From an uncultured Chloroflexia bacterium (lineage in GTDB: Bacteria > Chloroflexota > Limnocylindria > Limnocylindrales > CSP1-4), in NCBI GenBank assembly GCA_963748625.1, contig CAVVJT010000007.1, positions 288,001-352,000 on the forward strand: a stretch of 64,000 bases of DNA, given 5' to 3'. Numbering within the stretch: the stretch's first letter is position 1; each line of letters starts with the position of its first letter. Position numbers and translations under genes: made by a program. Under the pieces are notes generated by a model. It was not told the DNA's origin and did not search any database. It saw only the letters and a program-made list of their open reading frames with translations. Below are positions 14,973-24,835 of the stretch, in pieces.

Positions 14973-16415
14973 CTAGGCGGCAACCACCCGGTCGCGACCG
15001 CCCCGCTTGGCGCGGTAGAGGGCGCGGTCCGCATCGTCGATGACCACCTCGAGCGGAATGTCCGGCTCCTCGGCCACCGCCACGCCCACCGACACGCTGA
15101 CCCCGGGCACGCCCATCCGGCGCAGGTCCAGGGCGCCGACCGCACGCCGGACGCGCTCGCCCACCTCCACGGCGACCTCGGGTGACGGGTTCCGCAGCAG
15201 CACCGCGAACTCCTCGCCGCCGAAGCGCGCAGGGATGTCGTCGTCACGGACAGCCCCGGCGATGGCGCCGGCGACCTCGCGCAGCACGTGATCGCCCACC
15301 CCGTGCCCGAAGGTGTCGTTCAGCACCTTGAACCGGTCGATGTCGACCATCAGCACGCCCACCCGGTCCTCGGCGCGCCGGCGCCGGGCAAGGAGCCCCA
15401 CGTACTCGTCGAAGTAGCGGCGGTTGGGCAGGCCGGTGAGTGCGTCCGTGGTGGCGCGGGCCTCGGCGTCGCGAAGCGAGTAGACGCGGGCGAGCGCGGC
15501 CGACGCCTCGATCGCCGCGGCCTGCAGGAACCTGCCGGCGCTCTCGGGCCACTCGGCGCCACCGCGGCGGGCAAGGACGATCGCGCCCTCCACGCGGCCG
15601 TTGACCCGGAGCGGCGCCGCGCGGGTGTTGGACAGGCCGTACGTGTCCCGCACGCGGGACGCCAGGCGTTCCGCGATCCGCTGGTCGGCGCCCTCCCCGG
15701 CCGGCGCAGCGTGGGCCTGGCGCCGTCCCCGCGTCGCAATGTGCGGCGGCACTGGCCGGCCATCGCGGTCGCCACCGCCGGCACCGCCCATGACGCCCAC
15801 GGGCACCGCGGCCCGGGCATCGCTCCAGCTCCGGCCAAGCAGCAGCGGCGCGAGCTGCGGATCACCGGCGGGGTCGGGCTCGATGGCGACGGCGGTGAGG
15901 CGGCGCCCGCGCGAGGCCGCGATGGAGAGCTCGGTGACAGCCGCGTCCTGCGCCGGGTCCTCAAGCTCGCGCAGGGGCATCGTCGTGCGCGACGCCGCAG
16001 CCCCCGAACGCGTGGGCGACAGGACGGCCTCCAGCAGGCGGGCGTCGGGACGACGCCGGACAACGGCCACGTAGTCCGCACCGGTGCCCTCACCCACCTC
16101 TTCCACGATGGCGTCCACGATGGCGTCAGGCGAGACCGAGCGGGAGAGGCCGCGGAGGATTCGTGCGAACGATTCCGCCTCGCCGCGTCGGGCGCCCTCG
16201 AGGGCCTCGGTCGACGCCCGATCCCGCACGAGGGCGACGGAGATGCCTGCCACGAGCAGCACGACCAGCAGGTCGAGCAACGAGGGCTCCAGCACCAGGC
16301 GCACGCCCACGAGGATTCCGAGCAGGAGGAAGGCGGCAAGGATGGGTCGTCGCGGCAGACCCCGCAGCACCCCGCGGAGGCCGCCCTGCAGTTCGTGTGC
16401 CCAGTCGGTCCTCAC
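14973..16415 (-). CDS. Membrane-anchored GAF-GGDEF diguanylate cyclase (start uncertain)
   Basis: Two N-terminal TM helices; TDALTGLPNRR, DIDRFKVLNDTFGH, RDDD I-site, ARFGGEEF, ADRALYRAK. Confidence 0.9.
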   Translation of the reverse strand: MRTDWAHELQGGLRGVLRGLPRRPILAAFLLLGILVGVRLVLEPSLLDLLVVLLVAGISVALVRDRASTEALEGARRGEAESFARILRGLSRSVSPDAIVDAIVEEVGEGTGADYVAVVRRRPDARLLEAVLSPTRSGAAASRTTMPLRELEDPAQDAAVTELSIAASRGRRLTAVAIEPDPAGDPQLAPLLLGRSWSDARAAVPVGVMGGAGGGDRDGRPVPPHIATRGRRQAHAAPAGEGADQRIAERLASRVRDTYGLSNTRAAPLRVNGRVEGAIVLARRGGAEWPESAGRFLQAAAIEASAALARVYSLRDAEARATTDALTGLPNRRYFDEYVGLLARRRRAEDRVGVLMVDIDRFKVLNDTFGHGVGDHVLREVAGAIAGAVRDDDIPARFGGEEFAVLLRNPSPEVAVEVGERVRRAVGALDLRRMGVPGVSVSVGVAVAEEPDIPLEVVIDDADRALYRAKRGGRDRVVAA

Positions 16416-16512
16416 CCTGGATAGGAAGGATGGGGCAAGGGGTACGCAAGGGCAACCACGCCGACCCGTACTGTCGGCGGACGGGTCCTGGTACTTCCGT
16501 ACCACCGCGTCG

Positions 16513-18336
16513 TCAGGACAGGGCGCTGCCCCTCCTGCCGCCGACCGGAAGCGCGTCGAGGAAGGTGCCCGTCGGCTGCCGCAGACCCGCCTGGACGACG
16601 TTGCCGCCTGCCGCCTTGGCGTCGTACAGACCCCGGTCGGCGATGGCGATCAGCTCCGTGGCGGTGCGTCCGTCGTGGGGGTGCGTGGCCACGCCGACAG
16701 AGGCCGTGATCGGGATCTCGCCCCGCCGCTCGGCGACGAACGGCGTCTCGCGGAAGGCCGCAACGATGCGCTCGGCGACGACGGCGGCGTCGGCGGTGTC
16801 GGTCTCGGGCAGGATCACCGCGAACTCGTCGCCCCCGTAGCGGGCCGCCACGTCGGATGCGCGCAGCGTGGAGCGGATGAGGTCCGCCACGTGGACGAGC
16901 ACGCGGTCGCCGAAGACATGGCCGAACGTGTCGTTGACCAGCTTGAAGTCGTCGAGGTCCAGCATGATCACGCTCAGCTGGCGGCGGGTGCGGACCGCAC
17001 GGACCACCTCCTCGGCCAGGCGCTCGTGCAGGTAGCGGTGGTTGAAGAAGCCGGTCAGCTGGTCGCGGTCCGCGAGGTTGCGCGCCGTCTCGTAGAGGCG
17101 GGCGTTCTCGAGCGCCATCGCCCCCTCGTGGGCCATCGTCCGGGCAAGGGTGATCCGCGCCACGTCCTCGGTGGGGTGGTCGAGGAAGCTGAGCTCCACC
17201 AGGCCGATGGCCTCGTCCTTGGCAACCAGGGGCAGCATGATCAGGCCGCGGGTCCCCTCCTCGCGCAGGAGGGCCACCTCGGCCTTGTCGGCATCGGGAT
17301 CGTCCGCGTCCACGACCTCCAGGCAGCGCTCGCGCAGGACGCGCCGGGTCAGGGGGTACCCGTCGAGCGGATAGTAGTCGTCCACCCGGTCGCGCAGCTC
17401 CAGCGGATGGCAGCCGAGGGTCCGGAGACGGTCGTGCGCTGCATCCCAGTCGCTGACCTGCGCGCGTTCGGCGCCGACGGCCCTGGCGAGGTGCTCGGCG
17501 AGCAGGTTGGCGACGGCATGCGGGTCGAGCGAGCGCGAGAGGGCGCTGCTCATCTCCAGCAGCCGGCGCAGCTCGGTCGCCAGGTGCTGCGCCTCGGCGA
17601 GGTGCGAGGCACTGGTGAATGCCGTGGCCGCCTGGTCCGCGAGGATGGACAGGAGTCGCACGTCCTCCGTGTCGAACTGGTGGAGGCCCAGCTTGGACAG
17701 CGTGATGACGCCCACCAGGACGTCGTCGTACACCATCGGCACGACCACCATCGACTCGTCGATGTCGTCCGTGCCCGGGATCGTCATCCCGCGCGGGTCG
17801 GCAAGGACGTCGTCCACGCAGAGTGGCGTCCGATGCTCGGCAACCCAGCCGGTGAAGCCCTCCCCCATCTTCGTCCGCAGGATGTCCAGGTCCACCTTCT
17901 CGTACGCCCCGACGCGTCCCTCGAACGCGACAGGCACGAGGTCATCGGGTGGCTCGAACAGGTAGACGCGGGCGTTGTGGTAATCCACGACCCGCCCGAC
18001 CTCCTCGACGACGGCCCGCCCGACGTCCTGCGGCGCAAGGCTCGCGCTCATGCGCTTGGCCGCATGCTGGAGAACGCCGAGCTGCTCCGTGCGTCGCTTC
18101 TCCACCAGGTGCGCTCGGCCCACGAGGATGCTCGAGATGAGGAGGATCCCGGCGGCGGTCAGGGTCCCGATGAGCGCGAGATCCTCGAACGGGTGGTCGC
18201 CCCCGTGCGCCACCCAGGCCACGATCCCGGCAAGCATGACGACCGCGCCCACGGCGAAGGCGACCGAGTGCATGCGCCCCGACAGCACGCTGCGCCGGGG
18301 CAGGACACGGGCCTGGACATGGGCTTGCGTCGACAT
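16513..18336 (-). CDS. Membrane-anchored double-GAF GGDEF diguanylate cyclase
   Basis: Two TM helices; GAF motifs GEGFTGWVAEH and SMVVVPM; DQLTGFFNHR, RASD I-site, ARYGGDEF. Confidence 0.92.
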   Translation of the reverse strand: MSTQAHVQARVLPRRSVLSGRMHSVAFAVGAVVMLAGIVAWVAHGGDHPFEDLALIGTLTAAGILLISSILVGRAHLVEKRRTEQLGVLQHAAKRMSASLAPQDVGRAVVEEVGRVVDYHNARVYLFEPPDDLVPVAFEGRVGAYEKVDLDILRTKMGEGFTGWVAEHRTPLCVDDVLADPRGMTIPGTDDIDESMVVVPMVYDDVLVGVITLSKLGLHQFDTEDVRLLSILADQAATAFTSASHLAEAQHLATELRRLLEMSSALSRSLDPHAVANLLAEHLARAVGAERAQVSDWDAAHDRLRTLGCHPLELRDRVDDYYPLDGYPLTRRVLRERCLEVVDADDPDADKAEVALLREEGTRGLIMLPLVAKDEAIGLVELSFLDHPTEDVARITLARTMAHEGAMALENARLYETARNLADRDQLTGFFNHRYLHERLAEEVVRAVRTRRQLSVIMLDLDDFKLVNDTFGHVFGDRVLVHVADLIRSTLRASDVAARYGGDEFAVILPETDTADAAVVAERIVAAFRETPFVAERRGEIPITASVGVATHPHDGRTATELIAIADRGLYDAKAAGGNVVQAGLRQPTGTFLDALPVGGRRGSALS

Positions 18337-18469
18337 CCGGTGAAGCGTGGCACCACGGGGTCCGGTGCGGCACCACCCGGAAGTACCGGTGGGGGCCCGG
18401 CACTTCCCAGATCGCTCCCGACCGCACCCTCGGGGTGCCCGTTCGCCCGGTGATAGCCTGCAGGCGGCG

Positions 18470-19942
18470 ATGAGCACCGGGCTCGGGCCCGGGATGCCGG
18501 AGGAGACAGACGTGCAGAAGGGCGGGCGTCGGTCGCCGGTGCCGACAGACGCACCCGTCGTCGACAACGGGGCCCGTCCGGGCGGCGTGGGGTGGACCGT
18601 TGCTGCCGTGCTGCTCCCGGCCCTCGTGGTCGCGCTGCTCGCCGGGTACCACCTCGGCCACCAGAGCTACTGGCTGGACGAGGCGCTCACCGTCGACTGG
18701 ATCATGCGGTCGCCGACCGAGATGCTCGCGGTCATCTTCGACCGCGAGGCCAACATGGCCGGCTACTACCTGCCGCTGTCGGCCTGGGTGGCGCTCGGCT
18801 CCGGTGCCGAGACGTGGGTCCGGCTGCCATCCCTCATCGCGGCCGCCGCCGCATCCAGCCTGGTGGTCCTGCTGGGCCGACGGCTGTTCGACCTGCGCAT
18901 AGGGTTCATCGCGGGAATCCTCCTCGCGTGCAATCCGATGATGCTGGAGCATGCACGTGACGCCCGGTCGTATGCCTTCGTCGCGCTTGTCGCCATCGCG
19001 GCCGCGCTCGCGCTCGCGAGGGCGATGGACAGGCCGACAACAGCCCGCTGGCTGGCCTACGGCGTGGTCGCGGGCGTCGGGCTGTGGCTGCACTTCCTCT
19101 TCGCGCTGCTCCTGGTCGCGCACGGGCTCACCGTCATGCTCCGCGGTCGGTCGGGCCTCGTTCGGAGTGCCTGGCCCGCCCTTGTGCCACTCGTCGCGAT
19201 CGGGGCCCCCGTCCTGGCGTTCGGGGCGGCAGGGGCGAGCAACCAGGTTGACTGGATCGAGCCGCTGAGCGCTGCCAAGGCGACGCGCGAGCTCGCGGCG
19301 CTGGCGGGCGGACCGGCGCTCGCGGTCGCGGGCATGCTTGCGATCCTGGTGGTGCTGCGTCGCTGGCGGGAGCCCTCGGTGCGCCTCACCCTCCTATGGC
19401 TCGTGGTGCCGGTCGTGCTGCTCTGCGCGCTCTCCGTGGTCAAGCCACTGCTGATGGCCCGCTACCTGATCGTCGTGGTCCCCGCCCTCTGCCTGCTGTT
19501 CGCCGTGGCGGCGGTCGCCTTGGGGCACAGGCGGCCGGTGGTGACGGTCGGACTGACCGCCGTCCTCGTCCTGGCGTCCGTTCCCGGGGTCCTGGATGTG
19601 CACACGGAGCGGCGGGATGACTGGCGGCACGCGTCCGGCTGGATGCGCGACAAGGCCCAGCCGGGCGACCAGCTCGTCGTCATCGGCCAGCGCCGCCTTC
19701 GCTCGCAGACCCTGCTCGACGGCTACTGGAAACGTGCCGGTGGCCCCCCGCTCGTCCTCGTCGACCGCGAGGACCCCGCCTCGCTTGCTCCGGTGCGTAC
19801 CTGGGTCGTGCTGAACCACGCACCTTGGGCGTGGACGAAGCCCGTGATCGAGCGGCTGGAGGCGACTGGTTCCCTCCGCCGGAGCGGGCAGTTCCCGGGG
19901 ATCGACGTCTTCCTGTACGAGCCCGACCCGATCGCCCCCTGA
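18470..19942 (+). CDS. GT-C fold membrane glycosyltransferase (GT39/PMT-ArnT-like)
   Basis: QSYWLDEA loop motif, WVRLPS, ARDARSYA, ARYL, RDDWR; many TM helices. Confidence 0.8.
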   Translation: MSTGLGPGMPEETDVQKGGRRSPVPTDAPVVDNGARPGGVGWTVAAVLLPALVVALLAGYHLGHQSYWLDEALTVDWIMRSPTEMLAVIFDREANMAGYYLPLSAWVALGSGAETWVRLPSLIAAAAASSLVVLLGRRLFDLRIGFIAGILLACNPMMLEHARDARSYAFVALVAIAAALALARAMDRPTTARWLAYGVVAGVGLWLHFLFALLLVAHGLTVMLRGRSGLVRSAWPALVPLVAIGAPVLAFGAAGASNQVDWIEPLSAAKATRELAALAGGPALAVAGMLAILVVLRRWREPSVRLTLLWLVVPVVLLCALSVVKPLLMARYLIVVVPALCLLFAVAAVALGHRRPVVTVGLTAVLVLASVPGVLDVHTERRDDWRHASGWMRDKAQPGDQLVVIGQRRLRSQTLLDGYWKRAGGPPLVLVDREDPASLAPVRTWVVLNHAPWAWTKPVIERLEATGSLRRSGQFPGIDVFLYEPDPIAP

Positions 19943-19997
19943 TGGCCGGGGCGTCGTTCGCCGCAGTCGGCTGGGCCGGATCGTGGGTCCTCCGCCG

Positions 19998-21221
19998 TCA
20001 GCCGGCAGCCTGGGCCTTGTACGTCACCTTGGCGCCCGTGGGCACGACCTGGATGAAGATCCGGCCTCGGACGAGGCTGATCTCCTTGCCGTCGGCATCG
20101 TAGAAGCGGGTCAGCGTGTGGCGCCCCAGCTTCTGCCAAGTCGCCTTGATCACGTGACCGTCCCGGAAGACCAGTGCCTTGCCAGAGCCGATGTGCCCGA
20201 GCAGCGGCCGATTGTGGTGGGCCTCGGATTCCGGATCCACGGAGACCTTCACCCACTGCACGATCACGTTCCGCGCGGTGACCTGCTTGCCGGTCGCAGC
20301 GTCGATCTGCCGCTTCCCGGAAACGGACCGGAGGTACTCGTTGCCTGCCGCGTCGTAGGTGTAGGACGTCGCCCCCCGGTTGTACGGGATGCGGATCGAG
20401 CCGGTCGTGGGGCGCTTGGCGGCGGGCAGGTCGTCGGAGAACGGACGCACCCCGAGACCATCGACCATCGTCGTCTGGTCGTACTCCCTGCCGGCGCGCC
20501 TGCGGACCGCGGAGGAGCTCGTCACGGCGTTGTGCGGCGCCACCCTCGACGTGTCCCGGTGGAACGCGGGGGCGCTCCCGTACATGGCGTCGATGTCGTA
20601 GATGTACTCGTCGTCGATGAGCGGGAGGTACGCGAGCGTCTTCGCGTCGCCGCCGTAATGCGCGAACGCGGAGCGGTACTCGCTTGCCCAGTTCACGAAG
20701 TACGGGCGCCCGCTGCGCACCGGCTCCACGCGCTTCGCCTCCTGCTCCTGGAACACCATCATGTACCGCGACTCGCCACCGTCCGCAGGGGCCTGGTACA
20801 CGATGGAGGCCGAGTTGAAGCCGTACTGGGGCCGCGCCTGGACGTTGTCATCGACCATGACGGCGACAGGGAGCCGGTCGCGTTTGCCAGCCACCGCGAG
20901 CACGCCGTCGAGCGGTGCGTAGTCGGCGCCGGGATCCAGCGTCGCCCCGGGGTCAGACGGCTCAGGCGCGAGGGACGCCGCCACGCTGGCGGATGCCGAT
21001 GGGCTGGGGGACGGCAGAGGGTCCGGTGAGGCCGACGGTGATGGCGAGGCCACCTGCGCGACGCTGGGCGCTGGCGTGCCGGAGGCAGGGAGCGAGGTCG
21101 GGGGCGGCGTGGGGCTGGTCGGCGAGCATGCGCCCAGGACCAGCAGCAGGCTCAGCGCAACCAGCGCAACCAGCGCGGGACGCGCGGCATTCAGGTGCAT
21201 CGTGGCGACCATCGGCTCCAT
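19998..21221 (-). CDS. DUF3048 (YerB-like) lipoprotein with Ser/Pro/Thr-rich linker
   Basis: Lipobox LVLGAC; PVAVMVDDNVQARPQYG, PVRSGRPY, APHNA; start 21221, 21212 or 21200. Confidence 0.85.
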   Translation of the reverse strand: MEPMVATMHLNAARPALVALVALSLLLVLGACSPTSPTPPPTSLPASGTPAPSVAQVASPSPSASPDPLPSPSPSASASVAASLAPEPSDPGATLDPGADYAPLDGVLAVAGKRDRLPVAVMVDDNVQARPQYGFNSASIVYQAPADGGESRYMMVFQEQEAKRVEPVRSGRPYFVNWASEYRSAFAHYGGDAKTLAYLPLIDDEYIYDIDAMYGSAPAFHRDTSRVAPHNAVTSSSAVRRRAGREYDQTTMVDGLGVRPFSDDLPAAKRPTTGSIRIPYNRGATSYTYDAAGNEYLRSVSGKRQIDAATGKQVTARNVIVQWVKVSVDPESEAHHNRPLLGHIGSGKALVFRDGHVIKATWQKLGRHTLTRFYDADGKEISLVRGRIFIQVVPTGAKVTYKAQAAG

Positions 21222-21305
21222 TCCCCGGGTTGCGCCAGCTGGCGTTCAGAACCCAAGGTACCTCGCCACGTGCATGCGCGACCGACCCGGCCCCTCCCGG
21301 CCGGG

Positions 21306-22628
21306 CTAGCGCTTGAGGCGTCCCCAGCCAACAGCCCAGGCTCGAGACAGCTGGCGCACATCCTCGGAGCGCGGGGCCAGGTCCCCCCAGCTGAACGCTC
21401 CAATCCGGATCTCCGCCGTGAGCAGGGCTGCACAGGTCAACACGTATGAGGTCGCAGTGGCGATCGCCGCACCAAGCGCACCCAACGACGGAATGAGCAC
21501 GAAGCTGAGGCCGAGATTGACCACGAGCACCGTCGACGCGACGGCGGTCGTGATCCCCAGCCGGTTCCGACGAGCGAGGTCGGCCATGGCGAGGCGGGCG
21601 ATGGTCAGCGCCAGAGTGGCGGGGAGGAGCACCAGGAACGGCGCGACCGACGCGGTGAACTCCGGTCCGTACAGGGCCGGGATCGCGAAGGGCGCGACAA
21701 CGCCCGCGACAAGGGTCAGCAGCCCGGCCAGCAGCAGGGTCTCGCGGATGAGGCGCGCCGTGGTTCCGCCACGCCGGACGTCATCGGATGCCATCCCCGA
21801 AGCGAGGATCACGGCGCCGGCGGCCGACGAGATGGCGAGCAGGGGCTCCGCTGTCTGGTAGGCGACCACATACACGCCGACCGCCGCAGCCGGGGCCAGC
21901 ACACCGATCATCAGCACGGCAGCACGCTGTTGTGCCAGTTGGGCCAGCTCACCAGGGTAGTTACGGACGCCCTGTCGGAGTGTGTTGACACCGAGCCCGA
22001 GATCTGGCGCCACCGCGGAGGTGCGGCGCACGTTCATGACAGCCATGCCGATTGCCGGCAGCCATGCTGCAAGCGCGAAGATCCACAGCGCCTGACCCAG
22101 TGTCCCCCTCATCGCCCACAGGCCGATGTAGCCGACCGCAGCGACGAGGTAGGGGAGGAAGGCGAGGACCGCCCCATGGACCGCACGGCCAAGGGCGAGT
22201 GAGAGCTGGATCAGGTGCGCGTTGAGCACGAAGCCAGCCGCACCAACGGCCATGATCCAGGGCCAGCCGGCGATGTCCTGGAGCGGTAGCGGGACAAGGC
22301 CGACCGCAGCGAGCAGCATGCCGATGGCCCCTGCCGCGATCCCAGCCACGACCGAGTGGAGGCTGCCGTTGGCGGCCAGCCTGGACACGGGGGTTGCCCG
22401 GTGCGTGGCCAGCACATAGCCCCCTACCGGGATCCCGAACGCGAGCGCGGTCGACAGGATGGTGATCACTGCCACCGCCCACCCGTGGGCGCCCCGATCC
22501 TCCGCGCCGAGGAGCCTCGTGAGGGCGATCGACCCGGCGAAGACCACGCCCATCGACGCCAGCCGCGCGACGAGGACCGTGGCGGTCACCCTGCTCGCGT
22601 CGCGAGGCTCCACGTCCCGGGCACTCAC
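21306..22628 (-). CDS. Oligosaccharide flippase (Wzx/MOP superfamily)
   Basis: LTRLLGAEDRG, AVGVYVVA, LYGPEF, LIPSLGALGAAIAT; about 12 TM helices; glycan locus context. Confidence 0.85.
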   Translation of the reverse strand: MSARDVEPRDASRVTATVLVARLASMGVVFAGSIALTRLLGAEDRGAHGWAVAVITILSTALAFGIPVGGYVLATHRATPVSRLAANGSLHSVVAGIAAGAIGMLLAAVGLVPLPLQDIAGWPWIMAVGAAGFVLNAHLIQLSLALGRAVHGAVLAFLPYLVAAVGYIGLWAMRGTLGQALWIFALAAWLPAIGMAVMNVRRTSAVAPDLGLGVNTLRQGVRNYPGELAQLAQQRAAVLMIGVLAPAAAVGVYVVAYQTAEPLLAISSAAGAVILASGMASDDVRRGGTTARLIRETLLLAGLLTLVAGVVAPFAIPALYGPEFTASVAPFLVLLPATLALTIARLAMADLARRNRLGITTAVASTVLVVNLGLSFVLIPSLGALGAAIATATSYVLTCAALLTAEIRIGAFSWGDLAPRSEDVRQLSRAWAVGWGRLKR

Positions 22629-22699
22629 CGCACGTTCCCGCCGGTGACGGGGTGCTGTCGAACCAGCCCTCGTGCGGAGCGCCGGATACCATGCCGGCT

Positions 22700-23515
22700 A
22701 TGAGTCACCGCAGGCCGACGGTCAGCCTCGTCACCCCGTCCTTCAACCAGCGTCCCTATCTCGAGCAGGCGATCCGCTCGGTGCTGGAGCAGGACGAACC
22801 TCCCATCGAGTACTTCGTCCATGACGGGGGATCCAGCGATGGCAGCTCGGAGATCATCGAGAGGTTTGCCGATCGGCTGACAGGCTGGTACAGCCGCCCC
22901 GACGGGGGGCAGTCCTCTGCCATCAACGAGGGCTGGCGCAAGGCCAGCGGCGACCTTGTCGGCTGGCTCAACTCCGACGACTTCCTGCTGCCGGGAGCAC
23001 TCCGAACCGTCGCGGACGTGTTCGAATCCAGGCCCGAGACCGACCTGGTGTACGGACAGGTGCAGCTTGTGGACGGAGCCGGGTCCGGGATCGGCCTCAT
23101 CGGCGAGCCCTTCAGCCGGCGCACGCTCATCCTCTCGCGCTGTGTCATTCCACAGCCGGCTGCCTTCCTGCGGCGCCGCCTCCTCGCGGACATCGGGCTC
23201 CTGGACGAGGATCTGCATTACACGATGGACCTGGACCTGTGGCTGCGCGTGGCGGAGCGGTCGCGCCCGCTGTTTCTGCGTGCCCCGCTTGCCGGTGCGA
23301 CGGTCCACCCGGATGCCAAGACAACACGTGCACGGTCTCCGATGGCGCGGGAGCGCCAACGGGTGCGCGCCGGGTACGCTCGGGGCCCGGAGCGCATTGT
23401 GGTCAGGCTCCAGCCCATCGCATCGCAGGCCTACCATCGCGCGCCGGAACCCGTGCGGGAGCTCATCGAACGGAGCCGGCCCAAGCGGCTGCGAGCGGAT
23501 CGCCCGAACGGGTGA
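22700..23515 (+). CDS. Glycosyltransferase family 2
   Basis: VSLVTPSFNQ, DGGSSDGS, GWLNSDD, MDLDLWLR. Confidence 0.93.
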   Translation: MSHRRPTVSLVTPSFNQRPYLEQAIRSVLEQDEPPIEYFVHDGGSSDGSSEIIERFADRLTGWYSRPDGGQSSAINEGWRKASGDLVGWLNSDDFLLPGALRTVADVFESRPETDLVYGQVQLVDGAGSGIGLIGEPFSRRTLILSRCVIPQPAAFLRRRLLADIGLLDEDLHYTMDLDLWLRVAERSRPLFLRAPLAGATVHPDAKTTRARSPMARERQRVRAGYARGPERIVVRLQPIASQAYHRAPEPVRELIERSRPKRLRADRPNG

Positions 23516-23548
23516 CATCCGACGGGGGTGACGAGCGCCCGTAGCACG

Positions 23549-24835
23549 TCATGACCCGGCGGCATCGCCTGGCGGCGTCCCTGCTTCCGGATAGCGGTCT
23601 GCCACGAGGCGCCGGTACGCCGCACGCAGCCTGGTCTCCGACAGCTCCCACGCCACGCCCAGCTCGTCGAACCGAGCCGCCGCCCTGATCGCGGCCGCCT
23701 CGACGAGGTCCGGCCGCTCAGCGCAGATCTCGAGTTGGTACGAGAGTGCCTCGGCGGTCGGGTTGGCCACGATCCAGCCGGCGTCCCCGATCATCCGCCG
23801 GGTGTCATCCAGGTCGAAAGTGATCACGGGGCGCCCGATGGCGAGGTACTCCACGACCTTGGTCATGGTGGACACGTTGTTGAACGGCGTCGGAGGATCT
23901 GGCGAGATGCAGACGTGCGTCGAGGCCAGGAGCGGTACGAACTCCTCGGCACCGCGATAGCCGTGGAAGGTCACCACATCCCTGAGCCCGGCAGCATCGG
24001 CGCGGGCCTCGAGGGAGTGCCGGGCCTCGCCGTCCCCAACCAGGTCGACGTGCAGGTCCAAGTCCGGTCGCCGGCCAACGAGCGCAGCAACCGCGTCGAT
24101 GAGCGTCTCCACGCCGTCCTGGCTGCCCATGACGCCGAGATACCCCACGCGGAACGGCGCCGCGCCTGGAGATCGCCCGGCCGCCAGCGCGCGGAACCCT
24201 GCGGCGGGAGCGTTGCGCACGACCTCGATCCGATCCTCACTCACCCGGCCGCGACTGCGGGCCAGGTTCGCGTAGGTGTCGTTGGGCACGATCACCAGGT
24301 CGGCGGTGGCGTAGGATCGTGCCTCCAGCCACGTGGTGAAGCGCACCAGCCATCTGCCAATGCGCCGGTCGCCCCACTTTGCCGCCGCGAGCTCCGGGTT
24401 GGCATCATGCTGGTCGTAGACGTACTTGACGCCCCAGGGGCGGGCGATGCGCGCAAGGAGGAAGAACAGGTCCGGTGGGTTGCAGCCGTGGATGACATCG
24501 ATCCGGTGTGCCAGCCCGCACGCTGCAAGCCACGCAGCCGTGGCAGCCAGCGATGGGATGTACTCCAGGAGATAGCCCGCGACGCCGCTCGCAGCGCGCT
24601 GCGGATACCGCAGGATCCGCACGCCATCGCGCCATTCGGTCAGCGCCCGCGTGCTCGCATCGCGTCCACGGGGGCAGATGACCGTCACCCGCCAGCCATC
24701 ACCTGCCAGGGACGTCGCCTCGAGCCACACGCGGCGGTCCAGCGGCACCGGGAGGTTCTCATCCAGGATCGCGACATGCGGGCGGCCGCGACGTGAGGCG
24801 TCCCCGGATCCTCGTGATCTCCAATCTCTACCCAA
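23549..24835 (-). CDS. Glycosyltransferase family 4 (start unresolved; nearest in-frame TTG at 24835)
   Basis: ENLPVPLDRRVWLEA, HGCNPPD, YLGVMGSQDGV, STMTKVVEYLAIGRPV. Confidence 0.88.
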   Translation of the reverse strand: MGRDWRSRGSGDASRRGRPHVAILDENLPVPLDRRVWLEATSLAGDGWRVTVICPRGRDASTRALTEWRDGVRILRYPQRAASGVAGYLLEYIPSLAATAAWLAACGLAHRIDVIHGCNPPDLFFLLARIARPWGVKYVYDQHDANPELAAAKWGDRRIGRWLVRFTTWLEARSYATADLVIVPNDTYANLARSRGRVSEDRIEVVRNAPAAGFRALAAGRSPGAAPFRVGYLGVMGSQDGVETLIDAVAALVGRRPDLDLHVDLVGDGEARHSLEARADAAGLRDVVTFHGYRGAEEFVPLLASTHVCISPDPPTPFNNVSTMTKVVEYLAIGRPVITFDLDDTRRMIGDAGWIVANPTAEALSYQLEICAERPDLVEAAAIRAAARFDELGVAWELSETRLRAAYRRLVADRYPEAGTPPGDAAGS

